Assembly: GCA_963666275.2 (NCBI GenBank)
Contig: CAXXOA010000003.1
Span: forward strand, 224,001 to 288,000
Length of the DNA stretch: 64,000 nt
Reading direction: 5' to 3'
DNA from: Oceanispirochaeta sp.
Lineage (GTDB): Bacteria > Spirochaetota > Spirochaetia > DSM-2461
Position 1 is the stretch's first letter. Each line of letters starts with the position of its first letter. A model generated the notes under the pieces. That model was given only the letters and a program-made list of their open reading frames with translations, made no database searches and had not been told where the DNA came from. Below, one piece after another: positions 10,343-20,461 of this stretch. The translations under genes and the position numbers were made by a program.

Positions 10343-11107
10343 TCACAGAAAAATCTCCGGCTCTTTCCTTACCTGACATTTCTCAAAGAGCATATTCCTT
10401 ATTTTCAGACTGGTGGGATCTACCACTTCCCGTGCCTCTTCGGGGCAGGCCTTTATGCAGGCGCAGCATCTCAGGCATTTTGTGCCGTCAGTTTTTAAAG
10501 GGTTTTCCTGGGGGATAGCAGCTACAGGGCAAAGAGCGATGCATGAATAGCAGAGAGTGCACTTCCCCTTGTCAGTTTGAATGATCACTTCCGGTTTGGG
10601 AGGCACTTCCCTGTAGGGATAATTTCCAGGCACGGCAATTTTTCCTGATGCGTGACCCTTTCTTTCCCGGATTGCTCTGCCGAATTGCCGGGCTGCCGCC
10701 AGATCCTCTGCGTCCGGTCTTCCCCGGGCAATAGGAGTTTTACCGCTGGAAAGGGAGTGTTCTCCGATAAAGGCTGCCGCCCCCAGGATGGTTCCCCCTT
10801 TCTGTTCAACCAGGTCTTTCAGTTCCAGCAGGGCGTCTTCGTATTCCCGGTTGCCGTAGACCACGGCCAGCAGGCAGTCTGTGTTCTCCAGGTTGATCTG
10901 ATTCAGCCTCTCCGGGAATACTCCGGGTAACCTGCCTACATACACAGGGGCTCCGATAAGAACAGTCCCTTTTACAGTTTGCGGTTCTGCCCGGTTTGTG
11001 AGGTCAATCACCCCCGGGCTGGCAGAGGAGTAGGCTTTGGCCATTTCTGTCACAATCTTTTTTGTGGTTCCCGTAGGGGAAAAGTAGATCAGGTTTACAT
11101 CATTCAT
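10343..11107 (-). CDS. EFR1-family flavodoxin/ferredoxin fusion
   Basis: YFSPTGTT, VVYGNREYEDAL, two CxxCxxCxxxCP motifs. Confidence 0.9.
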   Translation of the reverse strand: MNDVNLIYFSPTGTTKKIVTEMAKAYSSASPGVIDLTNRAEPQTVKGTVLIGAPVYVGRLPGVFPERLNQINLENTDCLLAVVYGNREYEDALLELKDLVEQKGGTILGAAAFIGEHSLSSGKTPIARGRPDAEDLAAARQFGRAIRERKGHASGKIAVPGNYPYREVPPKPEVIIQTDKGKCTLCYSCIALCPVAAIPQENPLKTDGTKCLRCCACIKACPEEAREVVDPTSLKIRNMLFEKCQVRKEPEIFL

Positions 11108-11165
11108 TCCATCACCTTATAAAATCTTTCGGACGAGTCGGGGAGGCTCAGGGTTTCTGCATGTT

Positions 11166-11879
11166 TCATATCAGTTTCTCACCGATCATACCAATGAGAA
11201 AACCGAAACTCGCACCTGTTGCGGGTATCCAGTCTTTCTGCCTTCTGGAAAGAGGGGCAATATCCTGAAAAATTAAATACAGTATACCGCCACTGGCATA
11301 TAACATAATTATATCTATCAGTTTCCGGTTATCGCTGAGAAAAACCTTCCCTGATAATGCGGCAATAATTCCCAGAAAACTCAGGAAGAACATCAGCCAT
11401 AAGGCCTTCTTTTTAGACAGGCGTCTGCTCAGTTCAATATAGGAATTGAAACCCTCCGGTAAATTCTGCATTCCGATAAAAACAGCCAGGAGTAAGCCGA
11501 ACTTATGATCATGGGCAAAGGATGCCCCCAGCGCCAGGGATTCAGGGATAAAATCCGACATCATGGAAATAACCTGAGAATAGGCTCCCCGGATTCTATC
11601 AAGTATCATATCAATAGCCATGAAGGTGAAACTGCCTGCAAGAAAGATTACTGTAATATTCAAATTATCCAGATCAGATATGGACTGGGGAATCAGTGCA
11701 AATGCTATTGCGGAAAGCAAGGCCCCTCCGCCAAATGCCACAATCCAGTGGTTGATCTCCTCTCTCAGTGTTTTCTCGGCTTTCTGAAATATACTGGATA
11801 ACAAACCCCCCAATATGATCGGGAGTCCCGCCAGGCTGGAGTACATTATAATTTTAAATAATTCATTCATCCGAGTCAC
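11166..11879 (-). CDS. ZIP-family divalent metal transporter
   Basis: AFGGGALL, DFIPES, QNLPEG motifs; hydrophobic. Confidence 0.88.
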   Translation of the reverse strand: MTRMNELFKIIMYSSLAGLPIILGGLLSSIFQKAEKTLREEINHWIVAFGGGALLSAIAFALIPQSISDLDNLNITVIFLAGSFTFMAIDMILDRIRGAYSQVISMMSDFIPESLALGASFAHDHKFGLLLAVFIGMQNLPEGFNSYIELSRRLSKKKALWLMFFLSFLGIIAALSGKVFLSDNRKLIDIIMLYASGGILYLIFQDIAPLSRRQKDWIPATGASFGFLIGMIGEKLI

Positions 11880-11942
11880 CTTCTGTCTGTCTTAAGCAGT
11901 TGCTTTGTAAAGGACATATTACCAGAGACTGGTCAGGGATGT

Positions 11943-12932
11943 TTATAAAAGTTCATTTTCTATTACTTTCTTATAGCAGTCGGGACAGATCCCATGACTG
12001 AATTCGGCGGAGGAATTCTGTTTAATATAATGTTCCAGCTGATTCCATGCCCCTTCATCGTCCCGAATCTTATGGCAGTAGGAGCAGATGGGAATGATTC
12101 CCTGCAGGGTTTTCACTTCTACCAGGGCGTTCTTCAGCTCGGAAATCAGTTTTTCCTTTTCAGTGTCTTTCTGTTTTACATTCTGATCCATTTTGATAAA
12201 TTCGTCTGCGAGAAGGCCGATTTCGTCTCTATGCTTTACTGAAATGTTCCGGATAACATCTATATTGTTTTCTAGAATGGAATTACTGATAATATTTAAA
12301 GGCTTCACGATAGTGATATTGACAAGAAATGCCGTCAGTAAATTGGCTGACAGCAATAAAAGCAATTCGATAAGAAACAGGTTTGTCAGGTTTTTGCTAT
12401 ACTCAGTGAGACTCTCTGTCCTCAGGTTTAAAAGACGTTCCTGTTCTGATATCACCTGGTCCGTTATCATGCGGATTCTGTCCATCTGCACTTTACCGAT
12501 ATTACTATTAACAATTTCTATGGCTTCTTCTATATTCCCTTCTTCTGCAAGCGCTATTGTCTGTAGTAATTCTGAATTTTTCTGATTCATTATTTCAAAC
12601 AGTTCATTCAGGTATATCTGCTGTTCCCGGTTATCTTCCGTGAGGGAGATAAGTTGTTCCAGGTTATGTTGGGAGTTCTTCACTCCATCGTAAAATGGTT
12701 CCAGATAACTTGGGTTTAATGTTAGAAGATACCCCCGCTGGCCGGTTTCTGAATCTTTCATATGGCCGATAAAACTTTTGCTGTAGTCCAGGACTTCATA
12801 GGTATGCAGAACCCATTGATTTTGTTCTTGTACATAATCATTAGACTGGATCTGTATATAAAAATTCACCACGGCAATAATGGATAATATACTGAAATAA
12901 AAAATGATTTTTCCTGTAATCTTTAATCGCAT
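11943..12932 (-). CDS. CHASE3 + HAMP membrane sensor with C-terminal Cys/His motif
   Basis: ETGQRGYLLT (CHASE3); DEIGLLA (HAMP); PICSYCHKIRDD...FSHGICPDC tail. Confidence 0.85.
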   Translation of the reverse strand: MRLKITGKIIFYFSILSIIAVVNFYIQIQSNDYVQEQNQWVLHTYEVLDYSKSFIGHMKDSETGQRGYLLTLNPSYLEPFYDGVKNSQHNLEQLISLTEDNREQQIYLNELFEIMNQKNSELLQTIALAEEGNIEEAIEIVNSNIGKVQMDRIRMITDQVISEQERLLNLRTESLTEYSKNLTNLFLIELLLLLSANLLTAFLVNITIVKPLNIISNSILENNIDVIRNISVKHRDEIGLLADEFIKMDQNVKQKDTEKEKLISELKNALVEVKTLQGIIPICSYCHKIRDDEGAWNQLEHYIKQNSSAEFSHGICPDCYKKVIENELL

Positions 12933-13164
12933 TCCTATGTTTCATTCCTTTTAAAACAGAGCGTTATGAATACACGGCAAAGTTGAAAGGCGGGTATGCG
13001 TACAGGCAATTCAGCAGCAATGCTTGATTTAAAAGTGGTAATAAGTTGTATGTTCAGTACAGGATCCCGGATAGAGGGGCGGAATCGCATACCTGCTTCT
13101 ATTATAGCATCTATCGGTAACGGAGCCGTGTTTTATCTGTATGGCGGATACTGTTTTTTTTTAA

Positions 13165-13294
13165 TATTCCCTTATTCCTTATTGTAAACAACAGGAGCTT
13201 TGTACTTCCAGGAATTCCACAGCTCTTCCTTCGCCAGAAGGTCCATCATAAAGTGGGCCGTGTTGATGCGGCTTGTTTTGCCCGAGTCGAATAT
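13165..13294 (-). repeat. Displaced duplicate of the 3' end of the NAD(P)-binding gene (copy of 14583-14712)
   Basis: 130 bp direct repeat, 2 mismatches by manual alignment, offset 1418. Confidence 0.95.
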
Positions 13295-13456
13295 ACATCT
13301 GAGCAGAAACGGAGGATATTTAAAGCAGTTCAGTAGTCTTATTATTTAAGCGGCTATCAATAATTCTTTTCAGTACAAAGTTATTGAAAAAATGGTTTCC
13401 TTGTTTACGTAACTGATGTATATTTTACGGATAAAAAATATATTCAGGGAAATACA

Positions 13457-14473
13457 ATGAAAAAACTGTTGCTTGCTCTTTTTTTCCTTACTTCTGCTTT
13501 TATCATTAGCTGCGACCTCAATTCAGATACTTCTGATGATGAGGATACTACACTACCTTCTGAGGAGGAAACTTCTTCCACCCCCTCGGAATCCGATCCT
13601 GCTTCCCGCAGCTGGAACCAAGTTACTGCCTCCGCAGCCTGGACAGCCCGGCATTCTTTTGGAGCCGTTACCTATGATAATAAAATGTGGATTATGGGGG
13701 GGGAAGATAGCAGTTTTAATGAACTGAATGATGTGTGGTCAAGTACGGATGGGATTACCTGGACAGAAGTTACCAGCTCGGCAGCCTGGAGTGCACGGCA
13801 GGATATGGCTGTTGTTTCCTATGATGGAAAGCTGTGGGTTATGGGTGGATACGATGGGAATGGCGATTCTCTCAATGATGTGTGGTACAGTACCGACGGA
13901 TCAACCTGGACCGAGGCGACCAGTTCTGCCGCATGGAGTGCCAGAGATTCCATGCGGGTCATAGTTTATGATAATAAAATGTGGCTTCTCGGGGGGTATG
14001 ATTATGATGAGTGGCCTCAGAATGATGTGTGGTACAGCACCGATGGCGTAAACTGGACAGAGGCTACTGATTCAGCTGCCTGGCCTAAGAGAGAAACCCT
14101 GGATGTTGTTGTTTTTGATAACAAAATGTGGATCATCGGTGGGACCAATGATGAAACCTTATACAATGATGTGTGGTCCAGTAGCGATGGTATCATTTGG
14201 ACAGAGGTGACCGGTTCTGCCGCCTGGTCCGCTCGGTATGGAAAAGGTGTCATTGTCTATGATAATAAAATCTGGGTGATGGGCGGTTCCTATTCGTTTT
14301 CCCAACTCAATGATGTATGGTTCAGTGCTGATGGATCTACCTGGATTCAGTCTATGGATTCCGTTCTCTGGAGTGGAAGAAATTCTATGGTAGTAACCTC
14401 TTTTAAGGATAAAATATGGCTTATGGGCGGTCGCTATCTGCTGGATCTTCTGAATGATGCGTATTCCTGGTAG
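13457..14473 (+). CDS. Kelch-like repeat (beta-propeller) lipoprotein
   Basis: Lipobox FIISC, acidic linker, six ~49-aa repeats W..VT.SAAW..R....V.YDNKMW.MGG...NDVW.S.DG. Confidence 0.88.
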   Translation: MKKLLLALFFLTSAFIISCDLNSDTSDDEDTTLPSEEETSSTPSESDPASRSWNQVTASAAWTARHSFGAVTYDNKMWIMGGEDSSFNELNDVWSSTDGITWTEVTSSAAWSARQDMAVVSYDGKLWVMGGYDGNGDSLNDVWYSTDGSTWTEATSSAAWSARDSMRVIVYDNKMWLLGGYDYDEWPQNDVWYSTDGVNWTEATDSAAWPKRETLDVVVFDNKMWIIGGTNDETLYNDVWSSSDGIIWTEVTGSAAWSARYGKGVIVYDNKIWVMGGSYSFSQLNDVWFSADGSTWIQSMDSVLWSGRNSMVVTSFKDKIWLMGGRYLLDLLNDAYSW

Positions 14474-14589
14474 ATCCGGGATTGTTATTAAATAGGGAAG
14501 GAGTCATCTGTATGTGCGGCTCCATGCAGAATATCAGGGACTGAAAATATACCTGTGTAAATCACAATCCCTTCAAGGGAATTATTCCC

Positions 14590-15312
14590 TTATTCCTTAT
14601 TGTAAACAACAGGAGCTTTGTACTTCCAGGTATTCCACAGCTCTTCCTTCGCCAGAAGGTCCATCATAAAGTGGGCCGTGTTGATGCGGCTTGTTTTTCC
14701 CGAGTCGAATATGGGGCTCCTCTGAGTTGAAGCAAAGAGGGTGTATTCTGTCACTTCCTCTTCGTCGGTCAGAGCATCGGGTCTTAGGGCCACCCATTCC
14801 GGTGAGTTCCCTGGCTGAATATTTTTTTCCAGAAACTGAAGGGCTTTTTCGTTGTCTCTCTGGGGGGGCAGTATGACTCTCAGTAGTGAGATAACAAGAT
14901 TTTCCCGGAAGGAAAACTTTTCCGAGCTGCCTCCTTTCAGACAGGCTACGGTGTTCATGAGAATCACCTTTGTCTTTGACGGATCCGGTATATTCTGGAC
15001 AATCTTCTTTATAGAGTCTGTGACCAGATAGTGGGGTTTGCCGAATACTCCTTTAAAGGAAAGGTTGTGGCCCAGGCAGGAGATGACAGCATCCGTATCG
15101 GAAAGGATCTCTTTCATTCTCTCATCGCGGATATCCATTATGCTTTCCACGATGACTTCAAGGTTTTCCTTCTGAGGGATCTCCCGGAATTTGTCCGTCC
15201 TTCTTGCCAGGGCTTTTACCTGAAAGTCATTCAGAAGCAGTTGCTTCACAACCTGAAATCCCGTTTTACCGGTAGAACCTACTACAAGAACTCTCATATT
15301 TCCTCCATCCAT
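14590..15312 (-). CDS. NAD(P)-binding oxidoreductase (atypical SDR)
   Basis: VLVVGSTGKTG Rossmann motif; DAVISCLG; WVALRP. Confidence 0.9.
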   Translation of the reverse strand: MDGGNMRVLVVGSTGKTGFQVVKQLLLNDFQVKALARRTDKFREIPQKENLEVIVESIMDIRDERMKEILSDTDAVISCLGHNLSFKGVFGKPHYLVTDSIKKIVQNIPDPSKTKVILMNTVACLKGGSSEKFSFRENLVISLLRVILPPQRDNEKALQFLEKNIQPGNSPEWVALRPDALTDEEEVTEYTLFASTQRSPIFDSGKTSRINTAHFMMDLLAKEELWNTWKYKAPVVYNKE

Positions 15313-15392
15313 CTTCTTCCGAATGATTGATCATTTATCTTTCAATAAGTATCAGGTATTTATTCTGCAAAAGACAGGAGGAAAGAACAGCT

Positions 15393-16274
15393 TTACAATA
15401 TCTTCCGGATCTCCTGAATCAGTTTCTGCCGGTCACTCTCTCTGACCCGTGGATTAATGGGAATGTCCACATTCCCGAAGGAGCCTTTGGCCAGGCGGAT
15501 GATATTGTCGTTACTCAGGACATTGGCGGGAGGCCAGTTCAGTTTTTTTGCTGTTTCTTCCCGGAGCTCATAGATCTGATCGGCCAGAGCCTTTTTTTCG
15601 GCGGACAAAGTCTTGAAGCTGTTCCTCTTCCTGTAGGCGGGGATGCTCTTTTTGTCGTAGTCCACATCCTGCTGGACAATGGTGCTTATCAGATCGTGAA
15701 TTTTTCCTTGCTCTTCAATCCGCTTATGGAGCAGGTCCCGCAGATGGAACAGGTATTTCACATCTTCCAGAGCGTACTGCATGGCCGCGCTGTTGATGGG
15801 CCTTTTCGTCCAGTTGTACATCTGGAATTTCTTGGAGACCTGAATACCCAGCATGGCATCCAGCAGGGAGTTGAGTCCGCGCTTTTCCAGATTCAGGACT
15901 TCCACGTGGTACTTCAGATCCAGCACGGATTTCAGCTGGATTTTATACTGTCTGTAGATCAGCATCCGGTCGGAAGAGGCGTCAAAAAAGATCTTGACGA
16001 TCTTGCTTTCCAGCAGTTTTTTCAGCTCCCCTGTAGAGATCTTGAAGGGATCTATGATTGTAAATTCTGTTCCATCGAATATCTGGATCAGGCAGAGCTG
16101 CTCTCCGTAGCAGTGGAGGTTGAACTCTCCTTCGATGTCCATGGCCAGTTCGGTAATTTTATTGGTGTGGAGATAGTTACGGAAGGCCGAGAGCTTTTTG
16201 TCCGTGTCTATCAGTTTGTATTGTATTTCTTCAGGCATAGGTTCAGTGTAAGGGAATATCCCTTTTTTCACCAT
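15393..16274 (-). CDS. rnd: Ribonuclease D (DEDDy exonuclease + HRDC)
   Basis: AMDIEGE, LCLIQI, NWTKRP, YALEDV motifs; C-terminal HRDC-like region. Confidence 0.88.
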   Translation of the reverse strand: MVKKGIFPYTEPMPEEIQYKLIDTDKKLSAFRNYLHTNKITELAMDIEGEFNLHCYGEQLCLIQIFDGTEFTIIDPFKISTGELKKLLESKIVKIFFDASSDRMLIYRQYKIQLKSVLDLKYHVEVLNLEKRGLNSLLDAMLGIQVSKKFQMYNWTKRPINSAAMQYALEDVKYLFHLRDLLHKRIEEQGKIHDLISTIVQQDVDYDKKSIPAYRKRNSFKTLSAEKKALADQIYELREETAKKLNWPPANVLSNDNIIRLAKGSFGNVDIPINPRVRESDRQKLIQEIRKIL

Positions 16275-16313
16275 GTTTAGTCGGAGAATAATTGGGGAAC
16301 CCTTCCCGGGGGG

Positions 16314-16922
16314 CTAATTTTTCCGCAGGCTGGGGATTTTCAGTCCCTGTTCGGACGACTCTATCAGGATCGCCAGCCTTTTTAACCGGGTTTCCTCCCT
16401 TTTCGCGCTCATGATCCACCAGATCGAATCCCTTTTGTAGGACGGCGCCAGCCGGGAGAAAAACTCCCAGGCCGGGGGATTCTCCTTTATTCTGTTTTCA
16501 TACTCTTCAGAGAGGGGGACATTTCTGTGTTCCGCCGTATAGCCCTTCTTGTCGGAGCGGCTGTTGTAAATGTTTATGCCCTCAGGCTGCATCAGTCCCA
16601 GTTTCAGAAGCTTTTCCACTTTTTGTACGTTCACCGCACTCCAGACGCTGTTTTTCTTCCGGGGAGTAAAACGGATTTTATAGCTTTTGTCATCGATGGT
16701 TTTGCGGATCCCGTCGATCCATCCGAAGCAGAGTGCCGCATCCACCGATTCGGACCAGCTGATGCTCTCCCGGCCGGATCCTTTTCTGTAGTATCCCACC
16801 CATAATTCACTGACGGTCCTATGGTTAACTTCCAGCCAGCTGCGGAATTCTTCGGGGCTTGCAAAAAAAACGATCTTTTCCATGGTGATTATCCTCTGGT
16901 TCAGACTTTCAGACTCCTCCAA
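16314..16922 (-). CDS. YdeI/OmpD-associated family protein
   Basis: ALCFGWIDG, FTPRKKNSVWS, AKREETR motifs; start may be the second Met. Confidence 0.9.
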   Translation of the reverse strand: MEESESLNQRIITMEKIVFFASPEEFRSWLEVNHRTVSELWVGYYRKGSGRESISWSESVDAALCFGWIDGIRKTIDDKSYKIRFTPRKKNSVWSAVNVQKVEKLLKLGLMQPEGINIYNSRSDKKGYTAEHRNVPLSEEYENRIKENPPAWEFFSRLAPSYKRDSIWWIMSAKREETRLKRLAILIESSEQGLKIPSLRKN

Positions 16923-16972
16923 GTCTTACGATACTGCCGGGAGAATGTCAAATCTTCAGACCCGACGCTTCT

Positions 16973-17905
16973 TTACAGAATCACAGCGATGCCCAGAGGA
17001 GCAATGTAGGAAAGGCTGAAAAGGATCAGATTTCTGACGGCTGTGACAAAGGTTTCCGATTTGACCTGCCGGGAGAGAAAGAGCCTCATCTGTTTCAGAA
17101 CCAGGGGAATACTCAGCAGGGTCAGGAGGGATATCAGGGGGAGAACCCTGAATACCACTGCCAGGATCAGGAAGAGATAGACTCCGGCGCAGGAGGCGCT
17201 GTAGAGTTTCAGGGACGCTTTCCGGCCCAGGTAAAAGGGCAGCAGGAAGCGGTCATTCCGGATATCCTGTTCCAGGTCGCAGATATTGTTTGCCAGCATC
17301 AGGTTGGCAATGAGAAGGATAAAGGGGAGGGACACCAGCAGAATGGTCAGAGTTCCGGGAATGTCGATCCGGAGGTTCAGGAACCCGCTGCTGAAAGAGA
17401 GTTCCGCCAGGGCAGGGTGATGGATATACACCGAGATATAGGGAATGAAAAAGCCCATCATCAGGCCGGAGAGGATCTCCCCCAGGGGCATCCGGCTTAT
17501 GGGGATGGGGCCCCAGGTGTAGAAAATCCCCACCAAAAAGGAAAAGATTCCCAATATCAGGATAACAGGTCCGGTCCGGCTGACAAGAAGGAGCCCCGCC
17601 AGAGAGGCTATGATCAAAAGGAGAGCGATAATCCCCCTGACCCTTCCCAGGGGGATGGTTGCGGTGGCTATGATGTTATGGCTTTCCCTGTCTTCCATAT
17701 TCACCGCCTTTTTGTAGTCCATGTAGTTGTTTATGGTTGTTGTGGCCATGTCAAAAAGAAGGAGGGAGAGGAACATCAGGGCAAGATTGAAACCATTGAT
17801 ACTGCCGTAGTGGTAGAGCGCAAAGAGGCTGGCAAAAATAAAGGGGAACTGGCTGGCCGTTTTGGTCTGGATTTCCACCAGGTTTAAAAAGGTCTTTATT
17901 TTCAT
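16973..17905 (-). CDS. menA: 1,4-dihydroxy-2-naphthoate prenyltransferase (UbiA family)
   Basis: NNYMDY and NNICDLEQD Asp-rich motifs; multi-TM. Confidence 0.85.
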   Translation of the reverse strand: MKIKTFLNLVEIQTKTASQFPFIFASLFALYHYGSINGFNLALMFLSLLLFDMATTTINNYMDYKKAVNMEDRESHNIIATATIPLGRVRGIIALLLIIASLAGLLLVSRTGPVILILGIFSFLVGIFYTWGPIPISRMPLGEILSGLMMGFFIPYISVYIHHPALAELSFSSGFLNLRIDIPGTLTILLVSLPFILLIANLMLANNICDLEQDIRNDRFLLPFYLGRKASLKLYSASCAGVYLFLILAVVFRVLPLISLLTLLSIPLVLKQMRLFLSRQVKSETFVTAVRNLILFSLSYIAPLGIAVIL

Positions 17906-18012
17906 ACAGGTCTCCTCGGTTCCGGGATGTCTCCAGAATGCCGGATATCAGCGGTACCTCCGGCCCTAAAAACTTTCTTTACAATATAAATATATGACCA
18001 TAAAATTGGGAG

Positions 18013-18972
18013 GTGAATCGATTTTTTAAGTTCTCACCTTTTATATTTGCATTTCTATTCACTATTATCCTTTTCCTGGCTTTCTACACTTTGTTGAAAA
18101 GCCCGTTTTTCGTTAGGGGAAACTCTGAAAGCGGTGAGGAAAAGTCCTATCACTACGCCTTTTTTCTGCCCGCTTCGGATCATGCCTTTTTCAGGCAGCT
18201 GAAGGAGGGGGCCCTGAATGCCACCTCCTCTCTGGACTGTTCCATCTCCTTCCATGAACTGGATACGGACCCGTTGAGCCTGGAAATGGTTCCCTTCTCC
18301 GGCGTTGACGGCATCGGCGTCTATGCCTATCAGAAAGATCGAGAAACTCTTGCGAATCTATCGGCCATATCCGATGCAGGCATACCCATCATTCAAATAG
18401 AAAATGAAATCATACGAAATGAAAAAACCTTCTTTATCGGGACGAACAATTTTGAATCGGGGAAGGCCATCGGCAAAATGGCCCTCCAGTCGGGTAAAGA
18501 GAAAATCAACCTGGCTCTGGTGTACAGTCAGAAAAACCCGGGACTCATGACCGAAGCGAATCTCCTGGAACTGGGACTGAAATCCACTATGGGGTTTCAC
18601 CTGGCCAATGTCCAGAAAGAGCAGACCACCCTGAACCCCCTTGATGCGGAAGGCCTGACTTACAGGCTGATCCGGCAGGACCCGGCCATTGACGTTATTG
18701 TGCTGACAGATCCCAATGATACCCTTGTGACCGTTCAGGCCATAGTGGATATGAATCTGGTGGGAGAGATCCAGGTTATCGGTTTCGGCGATGACAAGAG
18801 GATACAGGAGTATATTAACAAGGGTCTGGTTCTGGGCTCTATTGTGAGAGATCCCTTCCTGATCGGTTTCAGCGCCATCCTGGCCCTGCAGGACATCAAT
18901 ATAAACGGATACACCTCGGCCTATGTGGACACGGGGATCAGCATTATAACGGGGAGGGACTCCAGTGATTAG
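18013..18972 (+). CDS. Periplasmic sugar-binding-fold protein associated with sensor kinase
   Basis: FIGTNNFESG, VIGFGD motifs; N-terminal TM. Confidence 0.82.
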   Translation: MNRFFKFSPFIFAFLFTIILFLAFYTLLKSPFFVRGNSESGEEKSYHYAFFLPASDHAFFRQLKEGALNATSSLDCSISFHELDTDPLSLEMVPFSGVDGIGVYAYQKDRETLANLSAISDAGIPIIQIENEIIRNEKTFFIGTNNFESGKAIGKMALQSGKEKINLALVYSQKNPGLMTEANLLELGLKSTMGFHLANVQKEQTTLNPLDAEGLTYRLIRQDPAIDVIVLTDPNDTLVTVQAIVDMNLVGEIQVIGFGDDKRIQEYINKGLVLGSIVRDPFLIGFSAILALQDININGYTSAYVDTGISIITGRDSSD

Positions 18973-20461
18973 ACTCCGGATGAGCAACTCCCTCAGAGCA
19001 AAGCTGCTTTACTATTTTATTTTCTCCATGGCTTTCACCCTGGTCTCTTTCAGTATCATCCTCACCCTGTCCCTTACTCTGCAGGATATCGCCGATAAAC
19101 GCTTCGAAGATGAGCAGTCCCTTCACACCCTGCAGGTGCAGCTGGATGAAATACAGGAACCCATAGAGAGTTATCTCAGTTTCTATTCTTCCTCTTCCCT
19201 GGCGCAGCTGCTTTATGCCTCGGAATCCATAAAAGAGACTCTCCCCGACAATCGGGTCATAAGGGATGATGAATCGGAATTGATGAAAAGGGATATCTAT
19301 TTCCTTATAGATTCCTATCTGCTTCAGGTGGATCAGCTCATTGAAATGAAACGGGGCCGGAATGTGCCGGGATATACCCGGGGCTTTGAGGATCTGTCCA
19401 TCCTCTACAATTACATCACCGACAGAATCAACGAAGTGAGTCTCAGAGGATTCAGAAGGCAACTGGGGGAATACCGCAGTTTCCTTGAGCTCTTCAGAGC
19501 CATGCAGATGTACAGCCTTATCCTGATCGTCCTGATTATGACCTTCTCCTTCACCCTGCTTATGAAAAATGTGAACACTATCTCTTCTCCCATTTATCAG
19601 CTCTCTCTTCTGGCCGGGAAAATTTCAGCCGGGGATTTCGATATGGAGGATGTCCGCTTCGATTCGGTAGATGAAATCAATCATGTTGCCTCGGCCTTCA
19701 ATGAAATGAAAAACAGCATCAGCCACTATGTGAATGAATTAAAAAAGCAGAAGGACATCGAACAGCAGATCATGACCGAGAGAGTGAGGAATCTCAAAAT
19801 GGAGCAGCTTCTCAAGAGGATGGAACTCTACACCATGCAGGCTCAGATGAATCCTCATTTTCTGTTCAACACCATAAACACGGGAGTGCAGCTTGCCATT
19901 GTGGAAGAAGCGGAGAAAACGGCGGATTTTATGGAGAACCTGGCCGCCCTGTTTAGATACAACATCCGGGAAAAGAAGTTTTTCGTTCAGTTGCGCCATG
20001 AGTACGAGGGGCTGAAGTCCTATTTCAATATATTGAAAATCCGTTTCCCCAAAACCCTCCGCCTGGAACTGGATATCAGCGAGGAGCTTCTGGATGATTT
20101 CAGCTGTCCCGCCATGGTGCTGCAGCCTCTGGTGGAAAACTCGGTACTCCATGCCTTCAAAGATAAGGAGGGCATCGGGACCGTTGCCGTTTCCATTGCG
20201 TACAACAATCCGATTCTGCGTATCTCCGTCAAAGACGACGGTGTCGGAATTCCCGAGACAACCGTACAGGCCCTTCTGGTTCCCCATATTCACGACTACC
20301 AGCTCAGCTCCAAGGTTATGGGGCTGGAGAATGTGATCCAGCGCTGCTATTTCTTCTATCCCGACGTTGAGGATGTTGTCGAAATCCACAGCGAAATCGG
20401 CCGGGGAACGGAGATAGTGATCAATATCAATACGGAGGTGGAACCATGTATCGAGTTGTGA
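18965..20461 (+). CDS. YesM/LytS-type sensor histidine kinase
   Basis: HAMP; QAQMNPHFLFNT; LQPLVENS; DDGVG. Confidence 0.93.
   Translation: MIRLRMSNSLRAKLLYYFIFSMAFTLVSFSIILTLSLTLQDIADKRFEDEQSLHTLQVQLDEIQEPIESYLSFYSSSSLAQLLYASESIKETLPDNRVIRDDESELMKRDIYFLIDSYLLQVDQLIEMKRGRNVPGYTRGFEDLSILYNYITDRINEVSLRGFRRQLGEYRSFLELFRAMQMYSLILIVLIMTFSFTLLMKNVNTISSPIYQLSLLAGKISAGDFDMEDVRFDSVDEINHVASAFNEMKNSISHYVNELKKQKDIEQQIMTERVRNLKMEQLLKRMELYTMQAQMNPHFLFNTINTGVQLAIVEEAEKTADFMENLAALFRYNIREKKFFVQLRHEYEGLKSYFNILKIRFPKTLRLELDISEELLDDFSCPAMVLQPLVENSVLHAFKDKEGIGTVAVSIAYNNPILRISVKDDGVGIPETTVQALLVPHIHDYQLSSKVMGLENVIQRCYFFYPDVEDVVEIHSEIGRGTEIVININTEVEPCIEL

Noticed and set aside
7194..13160. A second cassette array among the AT-rich minus-strand genes
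   Set aside because: No TAAC...GTT bulged palindromes found by eye in the intergenic gaps
13600..14470. CRISPR-like or non-coding tandem repeat
   Set aside because: The ~147 bp periodicity is the coding Kelch-like repeat
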